Source: a bacterium
GTDB taxonomy: Bacteria; Krumholzibacteriota; Krumholzibacteriia; JACNKJ01
Length of the DNA stretch: 64,000 nucleotides
Assembly (NCBI GenBank): GCA_016873475.1
Contig: VGXI01000001.1
Span: 2,079-66,078 of the forward strand
Reading direction: 5' to 3'
Positions 18,326 through 27,163 of this stretch are shown one piece after another (the stretch's first letter is position 1; every line of letters starts with the position of its first letter). Made by a program: the position numbers and the translations under genes. The notes below the pieces were generated by a model that saw only the letters and a program-made list of their open reading frames with translations, had not been told where the DNA came from and searched no databases.

Positions 18326-18479
18326 GGCGGGCTCCTTCGTCGGTGGTCGGCAGACCCGACCAGTATAGCAGAAGGCGACCTGGGCTTGCGGGGCGAGCCT
18401 AGGCCCGGCGCATTGTCTTGCCAAGCCGAATCCATTGGGCTAAGCCTAGGCGCGTTGCCAACCTGCCCGAGGTGGCCCG

Positions 18480-20306
18480 GTGCTTTCCTTGCGCGCCCCG
18501 CTGCTCCTGGCGCTGGTCGCCCTCGCCGCTGCCGCGGCGGCGCCGGCCTGGGGCCTGCCGAGCCTGCTCCCCGCGGCGGGGAGCTACGGCGAGCCCGGCT
18601 GGGGCTGGACCCTGCTCTTCGGCCTCGCCGGCGGCCTCGGCCTCTTCCTGTTCGGCATGGACATGCTCAGCGGCTCGCTGCAGCGCTCGGCGGGCCGCCG
18701 CCTGCGCGCCGTGCTGGGCACCCTCACGCGCAACCGCGTCCTCGGCCTGGCCGCGGGCGCCTTCGTCACCGTGCTCGTCCAGAGTTCGAGCGCGACGACG
18801 GTGTTGCTCGTCAGCTTCGTCCAGGCCGGCCTGATCAGCTTCGCGCAGTCGCTGGGGGTGATCCTCGGCGCCGACATCGGCACCACGGTCACGGCGCAGC
18901 TCATCGCCTTCCGGCTCACGCACTACGCGCTGTTGCTCATCGCCCTCGGCTTCGGCCTGCGCGCGCTGGCCAAGCGCCCCGGCCTGCGCCACGCCGGCGA
19001 GGTGATGCTCGGCGCGGGCCTGCTCTTCTACGGCATGCACGTGATGGCCCAGGCGATGGCGCCGCTGCGCGAACACCCCGCCTTTCCCATCGTGCTGCGC
19101 GGGCTCGAGCACCCGGTGGCGGGCATCCTCGTCGGCACCCTGCTGACGGCCCTCATCCACAGCAGCGCCGCCTTCCTCGGCCTGCTCATCGTGCTCGCGC
19201 AGCAGGGGCTGATCAGCCTGGAGGCGGGCATCCCGCTCATCTTCGGCGCCAACATCGGCACCTGCGTGACGGCCGTCACCGCGAGCCTGCGCGCGGGGCG
19301 GGCGGCCAAGCGGGTCGCCCTGGCGCACACCCTCTTCAAGGTGCTGGGCGTGCTGCTCGTCATCGCCTGGATCCCGGCCTTCGCCGATCTCGTGCGCGGC
19401 ATCTCGCCGAGTGCCGCCCCCGGCGCGACGGGCGCCGAGCTGGCGGGCGTCCTGCCGCGGCAGATCGCCAACGCGCACAGCGTGTTCAACGTCGGGCTCG
19501 CGCTCGTCTTCCTGCCCTTCACGGGCCTCTGTGCCCGCGCGCTCCTGCGCCTCCTGCCCGACAAGCCGGAGCTGCTGCCCGAGCGCCTGCGCGCCCGCCA
19601 CCTCGAGCCGAGCGTGCTCGGCACGCCCGTGCTGGCGCTCAGCCTGGCCAAGGTGGAGATCCTCGGCCTGGGCCAGCTCGTCAAGCGGATGACGGAGGAG
19701 ATCATCGATCCCCTGTGCGGCGAGCGCCCGGAGGTGCTCGACACGCTCGACGAGGAGGAGCACCGCGTCGACGCCCTCGACGAGCAGATCACGGCCTACC
19801 TGCTCGAGATCGGCCGCCGCAATCTGAGCCCCGAGCAGACCGAGGAAGTCTACCTGATGCTCCATGTCAGCAAGCTCTTCGAGCTCAGCTCGGACGTCAT
19901 CTACCGCGAGCTGCGGCCGCTCGCGCGGCACAAGCTCGAAGCCGGCCTCGCCTTCTCGCCCGCCGGCGCCGAGCAGGTGCGCGACTACCACCTGCGCGTG
20001 GTCAAGCAGATCTCCCGCGCCATCGAGGCCTTCCGCGAGGGCAGCCTGAGCCAGGCCGAGCGCATGACGCGCAAGCAGGCGAAGTACGTCGCCCTCGAGG
20101 AGAGCTACCGCCGGGCGCACTTCGAGCGCGTGCGGGGCGAGGTCGTGGATGCGGTCGCGAGCAGCGAGATCCACATCGCCGTCATGGACGCCCTGCGCAA
20201 GCTGAACAGCCACTCGACGGACATCGCCCGCGCCATGCTCGCCCGCTACCGCGCCGGCGAGGGTCCCGCGGCGAGCGCCCCGCTGCCGCCCCCGGAGCGC
20301 GCCTGA
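18480..20306 (+). CDS. Na/Pi cotransporter II-related protein (NptA) with C-terminal PhoU-like domain
   Basis: Duplicated Na/Pi-cotransporter membrane repeats followed by a PhoU-like helical domain. 608 aa. Confidence 0.8.
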   Translation: MLSLRAPLLLALVALAAAAAAPAWGLPSLLPAAGSYGEPGWGWTLLFGLAGGLGLFLFGMDMLSGSLQRSAGRRLRAVLGTLTRNRVLGLAAGAFVTVLVQSSSATTVLLVSFVQAGLISFAQSLGVILGADIGTTVTAQLIAFRLTHYALLLIALGFGLRALAKRPGLRHAGEVMLGAGLLFYGMHVMAQAMAPLREHPAFPIVLRGLEHPVAGILVGTLLTALIHSSAAFLGLLIVLAQQGLISLEAGIPLIFGANIGTCVTAVTASLRAGRAAKRVALAHTLFKVLGVLLVIAWIPAFADLVRGISPSAAPGATGAELAGVLPRQIANAHSVFNVGLALVFLPFTGLCARALLRLLPDKPELLPERLRARHLEPSVLGTPVLALSLAKVEILGLGQLVKRMTEEIIDPLCGERPEVLDTLDEEEHRVDALDEQITAYLLEIGRRNLSPEQTEEVYLMLHVSKLFELSSDVIYRELRPLARHKLEAGLAFSPAGAEQVRDYHLRVVKQISRAIEAFREGSLSQAERMTRKQAKYVALEESYRRAHFERVRGEVVDAVASSEIHIAVMDALRKLNSHSTDIARAMLARYRAGEGPAASAPLPPPERA

Positions 20307-21217
20307 TGCCGCGCGCGGCGATCGACGTCGGCAGCAACTCGGTCAAGCTCGTCCTCGCCGACGACCTGGCGACGCCGCTGCTCGATCGCGTGGCGGTCAC
20401 GGGTCTCGGCGAGGGGCTGGGTCGCACGGGCCGCCTCGCCGAGCCGGCGATGGCCCGCACCCTGGACGCCCTCGCCGCGCTCGTCGCTGAGGCGCGCGCC
20501 CGCGGGGCCGGCGACTTCGCGGCCGTCGGCACGGCCGCCCTGCGCGCGGCGGCCAACGCCGACGAGTTCTGCGCGCGTGCCCGCGCGCGCTGCGGCATCG
20601 CGATCGCCGTCATCCCGGGCGAGGAGGAGGCGCGCCTGGCCTTCCTCGCCGCGCGCTCGGGGGCCGGGGCGCCGGCGGGGCCCTGCCTCGTCGTCGACAT
20701 TGGGGGCGGCAGCACGGAGTTCATCTTCGGCAAGGGCAAGGGCGAGGGCGATGCGATGGGCGAGCGCTTCAGCCTGCCGCTGGGCTGCCTGCGCGCCACC
20801 GAGGAGTTCCAGCGCAGCGATCCGGCGCCGCCCGCGGTCCTGGCCGCGATGGCGACGGCTTTCGCCGCCGCCCTCGCGCCACTGGCCCCGGGGGCGGGCG
20901 CCCTCATCGGCATCGGCGGCACCTTCAGCAGCCTCGGCACCGTGGCGCTCGGCGCGCCGGACTGGGACCCGCGCCGCGTCGAGGGCCTGGAGCTCTCGCG
21001 CGCCGAGGTGGAGCGGCAACTCGCGCTCTACCAGCGGCTGCGCATTGCCGAGCGGGCGGCTCTGCCCGGCTTGATGCCCGAGCGGGCGCCGGTGATCCTG
21101 GCGGGGGCGGCCATCGCGCTGGCCGTCATGCGCCGGCGCGGGGCCGAGCGCCTGCGCCTGAGCAGCCGCGCCCTGCGCCACGGGCTCTGGCTGGCCCGCT
21201 GGGGGCGGAGCGCCTAG
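20306..21217 (+). CDS. Ppx/GppA family phosphatase (exopolyphosphatase / pppGpp phosphohydrolase)
   Basis: N-terminal AIDVGSNSVKLVLA...VDIGGGSTEF actin-like ATPase fold motifs of Ppx/GppA. Its ATG overlaps the NptA stop. The track embeds it in a 1746-aa artefact ORF. Confidence 0.75.
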   Translation: MPRAAIDVGSNSVKLVLADDLATPLLDRVAVTGLGEGLGRTGRLAEPAMARTLDALAALVAEARARGAGDFAAVGTAALRAAANADEFCARARARCGIAIAVIPGEEEARLAFLAARSGAGAPAGPCLVVDIGGGSTEFIFGKGKGEGDAMGERFSLPLGCLRATEEFQRSDPAPPAVLAAMATAFAAALAPLAPGAGALIGIGGTFSSLGTVALGAPDWDPRRVEGLELSRAEVERQLALYQRLRIAERAALPGLMPERAPVILAGAAIALAVMRRRGAERLRLSSRALRHGLWLARWGRSA

Positions 21218-21302
21218 CCTCGCCGTCTTCTCCGCGGCGCGGCAATGGTCTATAATTGACCGATTCCAACCCGGCTCGACGCCGGCCGCCCGCGGAGCGA
21301 CG

Positions 21303-22055
21303 ATGTCCCCTCGCCCCTGGCAGCGCTTTGTCCGCGCCCTCGCGCCGGCGCTCTGCGCGCTCGGGCTCAGTGCGCCGCACGCGGCGGCCGGCACGGCCCT
21401 GGCGATCAGTCCGCCGGGCGCGGTCGATACCCGCGGGCCCCGCTTCACGCTGCTCGCACCCGAGCCGGGGGCCATCCTCATCGGCGGCGAGAGCGTCACG
21501 CTGCGCTGGTCGCTCGAGGACCCCTATCTGCCGGCGGGGCAGGCCGGGCAGGCGCCGCTCGGCCTGAGCTTCCACGTGGACGGAGCGCTGGTGCACGCGG
21601 ACTCGCTGAGCCTCGCGGCGGGCATCGGTCAGCCGCCCAGCTTCGCCTACTTCTGGCTCGTCCCGTCGCTGCCCACGGAGAACTGCCGCTGGACGCTGAC
21701 TCTCGCCGACGCCTTCGGCAACCTGGGCACGATCGAGAGCGAGCCGCACCGCATCGCCACCGACGAGAGCCCCGCCGACGCGCTCGCGCCCGCGGCGCTG
21801 AGCCTCGCGCCCAATTGGCCGAACCCATTCAATCCCGCCACGCGGCTGCGTTTCGGCCTGCCCCGCGCCGGCAGCCCGCGCCTGACCATCCACGACGTGC
21901 AGGGCCGCGAGCTCGCGCGGCTCTGGGACGGCCCGCATCCAGCCGGCTGGCTCGAACTGGAATGGCGGCCGCAGGCCCTGGCCAGCGGCGTCTACTTCGC
22001 GCGTCTCGTCCTGGACGGCGAGCAGCTCACCCGCAAGCTGGTGCTCCTCAAATGA
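21303..22055 (+). CDS. Secreted hypothetical protein with T9SS-type C-terminal sorting domain
   Basis: Signal peptide. C-terminal NWPNPFNPATRLRFGLP...GVYFARLVLDGEQLTRKLVLLK. TATAAT-like element about 45 nt upstream. Confidence 0.6.
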   Translation: MSPRPWQRFVRALAPALCALGLSAPHAAAGTALAISPPGAVDTRGPRFTLLAPEPGAILIGGESVTLRWSLEDPYLPAGQAGQAPLGLSFHVDGALVHADSLSLAAGIGQPPSFAYFWLVPSLPTENCRWTLTLADAFGNLGTIESEPHRIATDESPADALAPAALSLAPNWPNPFNPATRLRFGLPRAGSPRLTIHDVQGRELARLWDGPHPAGWLELEWRPQALASGVYFARLVLDGEQLTRKLVLLK

Positions 22056-25000
22056 GCACCCATCGGCGCTCGCTGCGCATCCGGCTGGCGCTCCTCGCGC
22101 TCGGACTCGCGCCTGCGCTCGCGCGCGGCGCCGAGCCGCAGGTCGCGAACCTGAGCTTCGCCCAGCGGACGGACGGCAGCGGGCTCGTCGACATCGCCTT
22201 CGATCTCGCCGACGCCGATGGCGGCACCCTCTTCGTCAGTGTCCAGGCCAGCGAGGACGGCGGGCTCACCTGGCTGGCGCCCTGCTACAGCCTGAGCGGC
22301 GACGTGGGCGCCGGCGTGCCGGCGACGCCCGGCCGCCACGCCGTCTGGAACGCGGGCGCCGACCTGCCGGGGCGCGAGCTCGGCGACCTGCGCCTGCGCC
22401 TGCTCGCCAGCGACGAGGCCTACCCGCGCGACATGCTGCGCCTGCCCGCCGGCAGCTTCATGATGGGCGAGACGGGCGCGCGCCAGGTCACGCTCACGCG
22501 GGACTTCCTGCTCGACCGCCAAGAACTGAGCAACGCCGAGTTCCTCGGCCTCCTGCAGTGGGCGAAGAGCGTCGGCCTGCTGACGATGCACGGGAACCTG
22601 GTCGTGGCCCAGCCCAGCGGCTTGAACCTGCTCGACCTCGGCGCCTCCACCTCGGAGATCAGCTACAGCGGGCCCAGCGGGCAGTTCAGCCTGCGCCAGG
22701 CGCCAGCGGCGGCCGCCGCCTATCCCGGCGGCTACGACTCCGGACCGCACCCGCTCAAGAATCTGAGCTGGAAGGGCGCGGCGATCGTCTGCAACTGGCT
22801 GAGCCAGCGCGCGGGACTGACGCCCGCCTACTCGACGAGCAGCTGGCTCTGCGGCGGCGGCGATCCCTACGCGGCCGTCGGCTACCGCCTGCCCACAGAG
22901 GCCGAGTGGGAGTACGCGGCGCGGCTCGCGGACGGCCGCCTCTACCCCTGGGGTGGCCCGGAGGTCGACTGCGAGCGCTGCAACGGCGCGCTGGGCGCGC
23001 CCTGCCTGGGTTGGAGCGCCGCCTGCGGCGCCCACGCCGCCGGGCGCAGCCTTCTCGGCGGCGAGGACCTGGCCGGCAACCTCGGCGAGTATTGCAACGA
23101 CTGGTGGGGGTCCCTGGCCGCGGGCCAGTTCACGAACCCGAAGGGCCCGACGACCGGTATCACGCGCATCGTGCGGGGCGGAGATTTCCTCAGCGGCGCG
23201 GCGGCGCTCAAGACCACCGCCCGCGCCTCGCTGGCGCCGAACCAGGCCTCCTTCGCGACGGGCCTGCGCGTCGCGCGCAGCTGCGCGAACTCCTTCCCGG
23301 CTCCGCCCGCCGCGCCGACCCCGGCCGACGGCGCCGTGCTCATCGCGACGCAGGTGACGCTCGGCTGGACGGCGAGCGACCCCGACGGCGGGCCGCTGAG
23401 CTACGACCTCTACGTGAACGGTGCGCTGACCGCGGCCGGCCTCGCGGCCCCGAGCTACACGCTCGGCGGCCTCGCGCCCGACAGCGTGATTGCCTGGCAG
23501 GTGCTCGCGCGCGATCCGGGCGGACTCGCGCAGTGGGGCCCGCTCTGGCGCTTCGAGGCCTGGGCGCAGCCCACGGGCGAGGGCCTGCGTTTCGACTTCG
23601 ACCAGGCCTACTTCGCGAGCGAGGCGGGCGAGCTGATCGCCGATCACGCGCTGGTCTTCGCGGACGGGCGCTACCACTGCTTCCACATCTACCATCGCGC
23701 GGGCGGCGGGCCGACCCAGCTCGGGCACATCACGAGCAGCGACCTGCGTCACTGGACGCGCGAGGCCGACATCCTGCCCGTCGGCGAGGGCGAGCCCTGG
23801 GAGGCCTGGGGCATCTGGGCGCCGCAGGTGATCGCCAATCCGCTGCCGGGTCCCGCCTGGCTGATGCTCTACGCCGGCGTCAAGGGCGATGGCCGGCCCC
23901 AGCAGATCGGCCTCGCCTTCAGCGAGGACCTCTTCACCTGGTGGCGCGCAGACGCGGCGCACGAGCAGCTCAATCCCTTCTACCACCCGACGGCGGCCTG
24001 GGCGGCCTGGACGGACGACGAGGCCGCGCCCGACTGGGCCGCGCCCTGCCGCGATCCCTTCGTCTTCCACCACGAGGGCCGCTGGCGCCTGCTGGCGACC
24101 GGGAAGGCACCGGACCGGAGCGGGCTGATCCTGCTCGCCGAGGCGGCGCCGGAGAGCTTCGCCTTCCAGGGGCGCGACGCGGCGGCGCCGCTGCTGCTGC
24201 GCGCGGACATCCAGCAGCCCGAGTCGCCGCAGCTCGTGGCCGTCGACCACGCCGACGGCCAGCGGCGCTGGCACCTCTTCTACTCCGATGCGAGCGGCAC
24301 GCGGCACCAGATGGCGAGTGACCCCTTCGGCGGCCCGGGCGGCTGGTCGGGTGCCGAGGGCGCTGGCGACAACCTCGGCCTGCTCGGCTACAGCGCCGCC
24401 GAGCTCAACTGGCTCGAGGGGCGCTGGGTCTTCAGCCAGCATCACAAGGATGCGCCCGAGAACCGCTACCTGCTGCGCTTTGCGAGCCTGGACTTCGAGG
24501 CGAGCGGCGACGGCCGGCCCACCCTCGTCGAACCGGGCGGCGTGTCCGGGATCCTCGGCACCGACGGCGGCCGGCTCGAGGGCGCGCTCACCTGGGAGCT
24601 GATCGGCGCGCTGCAGGGGCACGCCTTCGAGCACCAGCCCACCTGGGGGGACAATCCGCTGTTCGATCCCGCGCGCGGCGTCGCGAGCGGGATGACGGGC
24701 AACAGCTACCTGGCCACCTACGAGCGGCATCCGCGGCCCGACACCGGCGAGCCCGGCACGCACTACGAGGACTTCAGCCGCGTCGGCTGGATCCGCAGCG
24801 CGCCCTTCCGGCTGCGCCACAACCGGCTGCGCCTGGCCGTCGGCGGCGGCCAGCAGCCGGAAGCCGAATTCGTGGCCCTCGTGCGCGAGGCGGACGGCGC
24901 CGTGCTCTTCCGCGCGACGGGCGCGGACAGCCACGTCCTCGCGCCACGGGTCTGGGATTGCGAGAGCCTGCGCGGGGAGTGGGTGCGCCTCGTCGTCGCC

Positions 25001-25180
25001 GACCTCGGCGCCGCGGATTGGGGAGCGATCGCGCTCGACGCGGTGCTTGCCTTCGAGGACCCGGACGGCAGCGCGCCGGGCGAGGCGTCCGATCCGAGTC
25101 CTGTGAGTCTCGACAGCCTGCTCGCCGCGGCGGGTTTCCCGCCGGCGCCGCGCCCGGCGCCGCCGGCGGAGCATCGCTGA
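22052..25180 (+). CDS. Large secreted multidomain protein: formylglycine-generating-enzyme (SUMF1/FGE-sulfatase)-like domain + fibronectin-III domain + GH32/43-like five-bladed beta-propeller + conserved 'WGDNPY' C-terminal module (paralog 1 of 3)
   Basis: Start MSTHRRSLRIRLALLALGLAPALA overlaps the upstream stop (ATGA). The FGE region (RLPTEAEWEYAAR...GNLGEYCNDWW...RIVRGG) and the C-terminal 550 aa are co-linear with the proteins at 27164..29017 and 33979..35838. No C-terminal sorting domain. Confidence 0.65.
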   Translation: MSTHRRSLRIRLALLALGLAPALARGAEPQVANLSFAQRTDGSGLVDIAFDLADADGGTLFVSVQASEDGGLTWLAPCYSLSGDVGAGVPATPGRHAVWNAGADLPGRELGDLRLRLLASDEAYPRDMLRLPAGSFMMGETGARQVTLTRDFLLDRQELSNAEFLGLLQWAKSVGLLTMHGNLVVAQPSGLNLLDLGASTSEISYSGPSGQFSLRQAPAAAAAYPGGYDSGPHPLKNLSWKGAAIVCNWLSQRAGLTPAYSTSSWLCGGGDPYAAVGYRLPTEAEWEYAARLADGRLYPWGGPEVDCERCNGALGAPCLGWSAACGAHAAGRSLLGGEDLAGNLGEYCNDWWGSLAAGQFTNPKGPTTGITRIVRGGDFLSGAAALKTTARASLAPNQASFATGLRVARSCANSFPAPPAAPTPADGAVLIATQVTLGWTASDPDGGPLSYDLYVNGALTAAGLAAPSYTLGGLAPDSVIAWQVLARDPGGLAQWGPLWRFEAWAQPTGEGLRFDFDQAYFASEAGELIADHALVFADGRYHCFHIYHRAGGGPTQLGHITSSDLRHWTREADILPVGEGEPWEAWGIWAPQVIANPLPGPAWLMLYAGVKGDGRPQQIGLAFSEDLFTWWRADAAHEQLNPFYHPTAAWAAWTDDEAAPDWAAPCRDPFVFHHEGRWRLLATGKAPDRSGLILLAEAAPESFAFQGRDAAAPLLLRADIQQPESPQLVAVDHADGQRRWHLFYSDASGTRHQMASDPFGGPGGWSGAEGAGDNLGLLGYSAAELNWLEGRWVFSQHHKDAPENRYLLRFASLDFEASGDGRPTLVEPGGVSGILGTDGGRLEGALTWELIGALQGHAFEHQPTWGDNPLFDPARGVASGMTGNSYLATYERHPRPDTGEPGTHYEDFSRVGWIRSAPFRLRHNRLRLAVGGGQQPEAEFVALVREADGAVLFRATGADSHVLAPRVWDCESLRGEWVRLVVADLGAADWGAIALDAVLAFEDPDGSAPGEASDPSPVSLDSLLAAAGFPPAPRPAPPAEHR

Positions 25181-25238
25181 GGTGAGCGCGCTGGCCCTCC
25201 ACCCCGCGCGCAAGCCGGTTCTCCTGAGGTGGCGCGTG

Positions 25239-25285
25239 CTCCCCTCCTCGCCGCGCCCGTTGTTTCGGGCGCGGGAGGAGGGGAG
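25239..25285. terminator. Strong GC hairpin (19-20 bp stem ctcccctcctcgccgcgccc / gggcgcgggaggaggggag, 8-nt loop) between convergent genes; putative bidirectional terminator (approximate coordinates)
   Basis: Near-perfect inverted repeat seen directly, located between the stop of the FGE-domain gene (25180) and the stop of the minus-strand DUF1670-like gene (25322). No T-tract, which is common in high-GC genomes. Confidence 0.45.
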
Positions 25286-25321
25286 AACGCGCGGTCACTT
25301 ACTCTTAGGCCATCTGACCTG

Positions 25322-26254
25322 TTAGAGATTTCTTTCCACGTCGCCGGCCCTTGCCGGCGTTCTTGTCTCCAGCCCCTGGCGCATCCGCTCCCCATCCTCT
25401 GGAGACAAAGCCACGTTGCCCTTTTTCAGAAGCGTCGCCAGCCAGGACCGGTGCCCGGCCGTCAGCAGCTCCGGATGATAGCAGTCCGCGATCACCAGGT
25501 ACTGGGCCACGGTCCGCTGCGCCTTGCCCGTCGCCTGGCAGAGCGTCGCCGCATCCAGGCCGCGGCGCAGCAGGACCTTGATCTGATCGTAGGCCTTCAG
25601 GTAGTTGTCCACCGCGGCCAGGCTGTGTCCCGTGGCACGTGCGATGTCCGGTGGACTCATCCCCTCTTCAAACCTCCTACAGATGATCCCCTTGTGCGTC
25701 GGCGAGCTGCCCATGTCCAGGACGTAGCCCTTCAGCGGCAGCGCCTCGCCCGTCTCCTGCTCGTAGGTGCGCACATACTCGTGGATCCTGCCCAGGGACC
25801 GGTTCATCAGCACCGACAGCTCCGCGCCCGTGAGCAAACCACCCTGCGCCGCTGCGCTCCGCACGAGCCGAACCAGCGTCTCGATATCGCGGCGGGCCTC
25901 CCGCCGGCGGTTGATGCGACCGTCACCCTGGCGCCCCGTCCGCATCCGCGCCTCGATCTCCGCCTTCGTCACCAGCGGCAGATGCACGATCTGCGTACCG
26001 TAAGCCTCGGCCCGCTTGCCATAGCCCACCTTCGCGCCCTCGCCCCGCTTCGTCGTCGCCCAGACGATCGTGCCCGGCTCGGCACGATCCTGCTCCGGAT
26101 AAAACTCCCGCTGCAGATCCACGATCGCTTCCGCGATCAGACGAATCACCCGATGGCTGCCCACCAGCTTGAAGTCGGTCTCCAGCAGGTGCGCGATCGC
26201 CGAGCCGAAATCACGGCGGCCCACCGTCGCGTAGCGATCCCGGGAATCACCCAT
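25322..26254 (-). CDS. DUF1670-like protein with C-terminal HTH-like region (downstream member of a tandem paralogous pair)
   Basis: Region GGLLTGAELSVLMNRSLGRIHEYVRTYEQETGEALPLKGYVLDMGSSPTHKGIICRRFEEGMSPPDIARATGHSLAAVDNYLKAYD is co-linear with the upstream paralog. Its start overlaps the upstream stop (ATGA). Local GC is about 66%, against about 74% in the flanks. Confidence 0.55.
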   Translation of the reverse strand: MGDSRDRYATVGRRDFGSAIAHLLETDFKLVGSHRVIRLIAEAIVDLQREFYPEQDRAEPGTIVWATTKRGEGAKVGYGKRAEAYGTQIVHLPLVTKAEIEARMRTGRQGDGRINRRREARRDIETLVRLVRSAAAQGGLLTGAELSVLMNRSLGRIHEYVRTYEQETGEALPLKGYVLDMGSSPTHKGIICRRFEEGMSPPDIARATGHSLAAVDNYLKAYDQIKVLLRRGLDAATLCQATGKAQRTVAQYLVIADCYHPELLTAGHRSWLATLLKKGNVALSPEDGERMRQGLETRTPARAGDVERNL

Positions 26255-27078
26255 CAGGAGCCCCCCTTTTCTTCCCCGTTCGCCGGCAGCGAGGTGCGCA
26301 CCTGCCGGGCAATCTCCGCCAAACGATCGCGGAAGGGCGACTCGGCATACTGCTCCCGTAGCCGCAGATACTCGCCCGCCAGCCGCTCGCTGATGCCCAC
26401 CACGTAGGCGATCTCACCCGCTTCACGTAGGCCCTTCTCCCACAGCACCACCACACGGCCAAAGGTCTCCACGTAGCGTTTGATCGCCCCCGCGCTGTGG
26501 CGCGTCTGGCGCATGATCGCAGAGTACGTCATCCGGCGCAGGTAGAACTCGACGATCTTGGCCTTGTGCGACTGCCCCCGTCCCATCTCCTGCACCGTGC
26601 CCCGGGTCGGCACCCAGTAGTCCGCTGCCCGCAGCGCCGCAATGTCCCGGCGGATCGTCCGCACACCGGTCTGGAGCAACCGCGAAAGGTCCTCCTGGGT
26701 CAGGACCCCGCCCTGGTCCACCGCTTCTTCACACAGACGCAGCAGCCGGACGCGGCGAACGCCCTGCAGGCCACAGCGAACCTGGATCTCCAGATCCTCC
26801 AGCCCCCCGTCCACCGTCACGACCACAGCGACCTTCTTCATCGCCGCCAACGGCTTGCCCGCCGGCTCGCGCCGGCTCACCGCCGTGATCCGCATCTGCC
26901 CTTCCCGCACGTCGGTTGCGCTGCAAGACGGCAAAAGCACCTGCTGCGCCGTGGCCAACAGGGCCCGCGATAGCGCAGGTGCCAATTCGAAATCCTGCTC
27001 GAGGGCGTAGAGAAACTGATGCTCGATCGTCTTGGCCGCCAGCCGGGGCCCCGCGCTTCCACCCATGTCCCTCCTCAC
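26254..27078 (-). CDS. DUF1670-like protein (upstream member of the tandem pair), predicted HTH
   Basis: GGVLTQEDLSRLLQTGVRTIRRDIAALRAADYWVPTRGTVQEMGRGQSHKAKIVEFYLRRMTYSAIMRQTRHSAGAIKRYVETF is paralogous to the downstream gene. Start region has GTG/ATG candidates with a GAGGAGGG RBS. Confidence 0.55.
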   Translation of the reverse strand: MRRDMGGSAGPRLAAKTIEHQFLYALEQDFELAPALSRALLATAQQVLLPSCSATDVREGQMRITAVSRREPAGKPLAAMKKVAVVVTVDGGLEDLEIQVRCGLQGVRRVRLLRLCEEAVDQGGVLTQEDLSRLLQTGVRTIRRDIAALRAADYWVPTRGTVQEMGRGQSHKAKIVEFYLRRMTYSAIMRQTRHSAGAIKRYVETFGRVVVLWEKGLREAGEIAYVVGISERLAGEYLRLREQYAESPFRDRLAEIARQVRTSLPANGEEKGGS

Positions 27079-27163
27079 TTCCGCCTGCTCAAGGCGGGGG
27101 AATGACCGGATGATTTCCGGTCACTCCCCGCCTTGGCAACGGAAAGTCAGAGGTCAGGTGGCC

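Noticed and set aside
15977-21217. 1746-aa ORF on the + strand in the track
   Set aside because: Artefact of extreme GC3 bias, because the antisense frame of the BNR-protein gene stays open. Translation is Arg/Ala/Gly/Pro low-complexity until the last 304 aa, which form a bona fide Ppx/GppA gene starting at the ATG 20306. The same logic rejects 21992..25213(-), 32716..35826(-), 35884..38337(+), 37700..40141(-), 8075..10774(-), 10284..11714(+), 45800..47398(-), 48593..50227(+), 50447..52507(+), 53132..55159(+), 57429..59291(-), 57577..59517(+), 60743..61651(-) and other overlapping antisense ORFs.
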